From NCBI GenBank assembly GCA_041665345.1, contig JBAYJA010000001.1:602522-666521 (forward strand): DNA of 64,000 bases, read 5' to 3'. The notes beneath the pieces are model-generated. The model did no database searches. It worked only from the letters and a program-made list of their open reading frames with translations, and was not told where the DNA came from. The DNA comes from Patescibacteria group bacterium (GTDB taxonomy: Bacteria > Patescibacteriota > Patescibacteriia > PEXW01). A program made the translations under genes and the position numbers. Below, piece by piece: positions 60,944 through 64,000 of this stretch (positions are counted from its first letter, which is position 1; every line of letters starts with the position of its first letter).

Positions 60944-62506
60944 CTACTGGCTAAGTTCAACCAAGGTTATCCCATTGGGTCCCACCAACGGGCTGCTTTG
61001 CTTTCTGCCAGGAAATCGCTGGGATACCAAGTATTGCTGGTCAGGATTGGAAAGGGTGATGAACAACCGAGTACCAGCTGGCAAATTCGTATACTGTTCG
61101 TCGCCAGGTGGAATAGTGCCATCAAAACCAATTGCATGGCGGCGAGGGAAAACCAGTTTGTCCCGGCTTCCAGCCAGCACAACCGAACCAGCAGGAATCT
61201 GCTCCACTAACCACCGTGATTGTGCTTGGGCTTCTGCCACCCGCGGCCACGTGTGGAGGATGCCAATGGTTGAATCATTCAACACTAGCCACGTACTAAC
61301 CACAAGCATTGCTCCTCCCAGCACCCAGCTCAACCGCCAGGTGACCTGACTTTTCACCTGCAACTTTCCTAAGGCATACCCGCACCCGAGCGCTGCAAGC
61401 GGAACAAGTGGTAACCAGTACCGAAGGTAGGACAAGTCCAGCACTGGTTCACGAATCGCCGGGAACTCCACAAACTTGTAGTTCCCATAGAGAATAACCA
61501 GGAGCAGCCCTCCCACCAGCGAGCCACCCAGCACGGCTCGATGGGTTGGGTCTCTCCACTTTTGGAGTCCAAGCCAAAAAATGCCAACTGCTCCAGGGAT
61601 CAGGATGTACCCCAACGGCCCAACCGCGTATACTTTCAACCGCTCCCACGCCACTCCAGGTTTTGTCCCAAACGGAAAGAAGACATTCTTCACCTGCTGG
61701 AACGTGTTGAGTTCTTGCACAATTGGCGCCGGCGAAAAAGCACCGTTGGCTCGGTACCCAACCGCTGCCAGCTCACCGTACGTTTGCTTTTGGAAGACGA
61801 AGAGTGCAAGCATGGGCACCAGAGCAACCGCACCGGCGATGAGCGTCATGCGCCACGGAATGTGCTTCCACGAGAGCAGGGCAAAAACAATGAGACCAGG
61901 AACCACCCACGAGACTTCGCTGGGACGAATTGCCAGCATTGTTCCCCAGACCAAACCCGTAAGCATTGCACTCCCCCACCACCGCGTGCGCCAAGTCTGC
62001 TGCCCGCACCACAAACCCAGAATGAGCAGACTGGTGAACACGCCATTTTGCCACATCCCCCGACCGGCGTAGAACCAAAATGTGGGGAAGCTGGCAAGAA
62101 TAACAGTACTCCACCACGCAACCGCTGAGCCAAAACTTCGTTTAAGTAAGGACCACCAAGCAAGCATTGCTGTTGATGCTAAGGCGGGTCCAAACATGAG
62201 CATGCCAAACGTGCCCAAGACTTTTCCAATGAATCCAAGCAGGTGTGGGAAGAAGACGAAACTTCCTGGGACGAGCGCTGTGCCGTTATTCAGGACACTC
62301 CGAGATGCACCAGGGAGTACTGTTGGGATCTTCGTTTGACTGGTAGCCTTGTCCTGTTGGGCAAAACTGTAGTTTGCCGTTTCATCCGGGGAACTGAAGA
62401 CTGGCCACTGCAGAGTTTGCCAGGCTGGAATGCTGAACACCCCAAACAAGCCAAGCCAGATGGCGACTATCCCCAAGATACGTTTGACTGAAGGTGAAAG
62501 CTGCAT
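60944..62506 (-). CDS. GT-C (GT39/ArnT-like) membrane glycosyltransferase
   Basis: FSSPDETANY after TM1, IRPSE, RYWLP; many TM helices; directly downstream of rfbD. Confidence 0.75.
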   Translation of the reverse strand: MQLSPSVKRILGIVAIWLGLFGVFSIPAWQTLQWPVFSSPDETANYSFAQQDKATSQTKIPTVLPGASRSVLNNGTALVPGSFVFFPHLLGFIGKVLGTFGMLMFGPALASTAMLAWWSLLKRSFGSAVAWWSTVILASFPTFWFYAGRGMWQNGVFTSLLILGLWCGQQTWRTRWWGSAMLTGLVWGTMLAIRPSEVSWVVPGLIVFALLSWKHIPWRMTLIAGAVALVPMLALFVFQKQTYGELAAVGYRANGAFSPAPIVQELNTFQQVKNVFFPFGTKPGVAWERLKVYAVGPLGYILIPGAVGIFWLGLQKWRDPTHRAVLGGSLVGGLLLVILYGNYKFVEFPAIREPVLDLSYLRYWLPLVPLAALGCGYALGKLQVKSQVTWRLSWVLGGAMLVVSTWLVLNDSTIGILHTWPRVAEAQAQSRWLVEQIPAGSVVLAGSRDKLVFPRRHAIGFDGTIPPGDEQYTNLPAGTRLFITLSNPDQQYLVSQRFPGRKQSSPLVGPNGITLVELSQ

Positions 62507-62545
62507 ATTCGCATTCTAGCAGCCTCCCAAAGGCCAGCAATGGCT

Positions 62546-63403
62546 CTAGGCGGTGCCTGAGCCTTTCAAATAGTCTGCAAGTGCTTCCTGCCACGGACGC
62601 AGAGCAGGGAGCTTTGTCGTCTGTAATTGGGAAAACCCTGGCCGCTTTGCCGGTCGTGGGTACTTTTCGGGCGGGACAGGCGTCACCGGCACGGATCGCC
62701 CTGCCACCCGGAGAATTTCCTGGGCAAAAGTATACCAGGTGCACGCCCCGGCATTCGTCCGATGGTATATCCCAAAAGGTGCTTCAGATTGGACAAGGTG
62801 GAGCGTCGCCTCCGCGAGGTCAGGTGCATAGGTTGGGCTGGAAAATTCCGCTTCGACTACCTCAATAGTTGGCTGCTCTTTGGCTAGCTGGAGCATAACG
62901 TCCACAAAACTCCGTTTGGCATTTTCAGATTTCGCTGGTTTGCCAAAAAGTCGTGAGAGTCTGACGACGTAATGCTGTGGATTTTTTGCTGCCTCAAGTT
63001 CGCCGTCTGCTTTTGACTGCCCGTAAACACTCACGGGATCTGGGGTATCACTTTCCACATACCCACCCTGCTTTGTCCCGGCAAAAACGTAGTCTGTAGA
63101 AAAATGAACAAGAGTTGCGCCAAGTTCCGCACAGGTCGTGGCGAGATGTGCAACCGCGGTTGCATTGAGTAACTTTGCTTTCTCGGGAGCAACTTCAGCG
63201 CCATCAACATTGTTGTATGCCGCGCAGTTAATGACAATCTGTGGCTCCGCTGCGGTGAGTTTGACCGTGACACTTCGGCCATCAGTAATATCCAAATTCT
63301 CCATATCCCAGGCAACCACGTTGTACCCTGGATTTTCTGAAAACACCCGGACAATCTCTTGCCCTAGCATGCCTTTAGCACCGGTGACAATTACTTTTTG
63401 CAT
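62546..63403 (-). CDS. rfbD: dTDP-4-dehydrorhamnose reductase
   Basis: TGAKGMLG, NCAAYNNVD.AE, STDYVF, YGQSK, SPTY..DLA, AKRP. Confidence 0.96.
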   Translation of the reverse strand: MQKVIVTGAKGMLGQEIVRVFSENPGYNVVAWDMENLDITDGRSVTVKLTAAEPQIVINCAAYNNVDGAEVAPEKAKLLNATAVAHLATTCAELGATLVHFSTDYVFAGTKQGGYVESDTPDPVSVYGQSKADGELEAAKNPQHYVVRLSRLFGKPAKSENAKRSFVDVMLQLAKEQPTIEVVEAEFSSPTYAPDLAEATLHLVQSEAPFGIYHRTNAGACTWYTFAQEILRVAGRSVPVTPVPPEKYPRPAKRPGFSQLQTTKLPALRPWQEALADYLKGSGTA

Positions 63404-63411
63404 CTCCTATT

Positions 63412-64000
63412 CTATTCCAAACTTACCATAGCTGTCTCCCGCACCGCTAGAATGATAGCCGCTTGTATTTTTTTCCAAGGTACTGGTAAGAGCATCCTCG
63501 GCATTGGTTCTGTTTCCGCATCCTCAAAGTAGACCAGGCTCTTCAGTATATGAGCGGTGTTAAAATGGACCGAGGAATACTTTTTGGAGAAAAGGGTAAA
63601 AAGTTTCGACAGATTGTACTCCTGTAGTAAAAAATAAAGATCAACAAAATCTTTCTTGCTGCCACGGTCAGAGATGGCATCGAGCTTCATACAGGCAATA
63701 TCTCGTCGATCAGCAAGGGACACTCCCTGATCTTTCAGAAATGGAAAAAGGAGCCTGTACCGATACGCAAAAAAACTTACTTTTACCCCATCAACCCGAG
63801 CAATGAGAGTGTCAGCTTCCTGCAGCACCGGTTCGTATCTGCCGAGTGATTGCAGGCACTTGCGCAGAACCGGAACAGAAAAATGCTTCGGGGTAAAAAA
63901 GTCTAAATCTACCGAGACACGATGACCTAGCTGCAATGCCAAGGCTGTACCCCCAGCCAGGTAAAATGCCTTCAGGGACGGTTCGCGCCCTATCGTTGCG
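63412..64000 (-). CDS. AbiEii/AbiGii-family nucleotidyltransferase (5' end outside window)
   Basis: Frame extends upstream of the track ORF: FYLAGGTALALQLGHRVSVDLDFF; MKLDAISDRGSKKDFVDLY; SLVYFEDAE. Confidence 0.9.
   Translation of the reverse strand, partial: ATIGREPSLKAFYLAGGTALALQLGHRVSVDLDFFTPKHFSVPVLRKCLQSLGRYEPVLQEADTLIARVDGVKVSFFAYRYRLLFPFLKDQGVSLADRRDIACMKLDAISDRGSKKDFVDLYFLLQEYNLSKLFTLFSKKYSSVHFNTAHILKSLVYFEDAETEPMPRMLLPVPWKKIQAAIILAVRETAMVSLE

Noticed and set aside
1-64000. Complete DGR, prophage, IS or integron; tRNA or rRNA genes
   Set aside because: No reverse transcriptase, template repeat, integrase, transposase or phage structural gene, and no cloverleaf or rRNA signature recognised by eye
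1-64000. Alternative genetic code (TGA = Gly, as in Gracilibacteria/Absconditabacteria)
   Set aside because: Core genes are full length under code 11 and several end in TGA with ATGA coupling

Overview
A gene-dense stretch of a bacterial chromosome that reads in the standard code (TGA = stop). Gene content points to Patescibacteria/CPR, probably a Parcubacteria/ABY1-type lineage (inference): housekeeping genes (greA, lysS, serS, gltX, def, fmt, mnmA, secA, secD, secF, pyrG, rplI, rpmA), peptidoglycan genes (mrdA 3' end, alr, murA/B/C/D/G, ftsW, mraY, FtsQ-like, an L,D-transpeptidase, an M23 peptidase), a type IV pilus block (pilB, pilC, pilM/N/O), several GT-C glycosyltransferases and a coupling-protein-like ATPase pair. 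I found no rRNA, tRNA, CRISPR array, transposase or integrase. Main observations: (1) a PgeF-MurD fusion joining the peptidoglycan proofreading enzyme to the ligase that uses its substrate; (2) SecD carrying a circularly permuted parvulin PPIase in its extracytoplasmic loop; (3) a membrane-anchored tandem BCCP-like protein with no MKM biotinylation motif, inserted antisense between murC and murB; (4) two modes of translation initiation, with about ten core genes apparently leaderless while orphan single-gene cassettes carry strong Shine-Dalgarno sites; (5) a promoter- and terminator-bounded ~100-nt sRNA candidate; (6) two genes whose ends resemble DGR variable regions, with no RT or template repeat in the window; (7) a leftover second SEC-C 3' end behind secA. 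All protein calls come from recognising motifs by eye, not from database searches.
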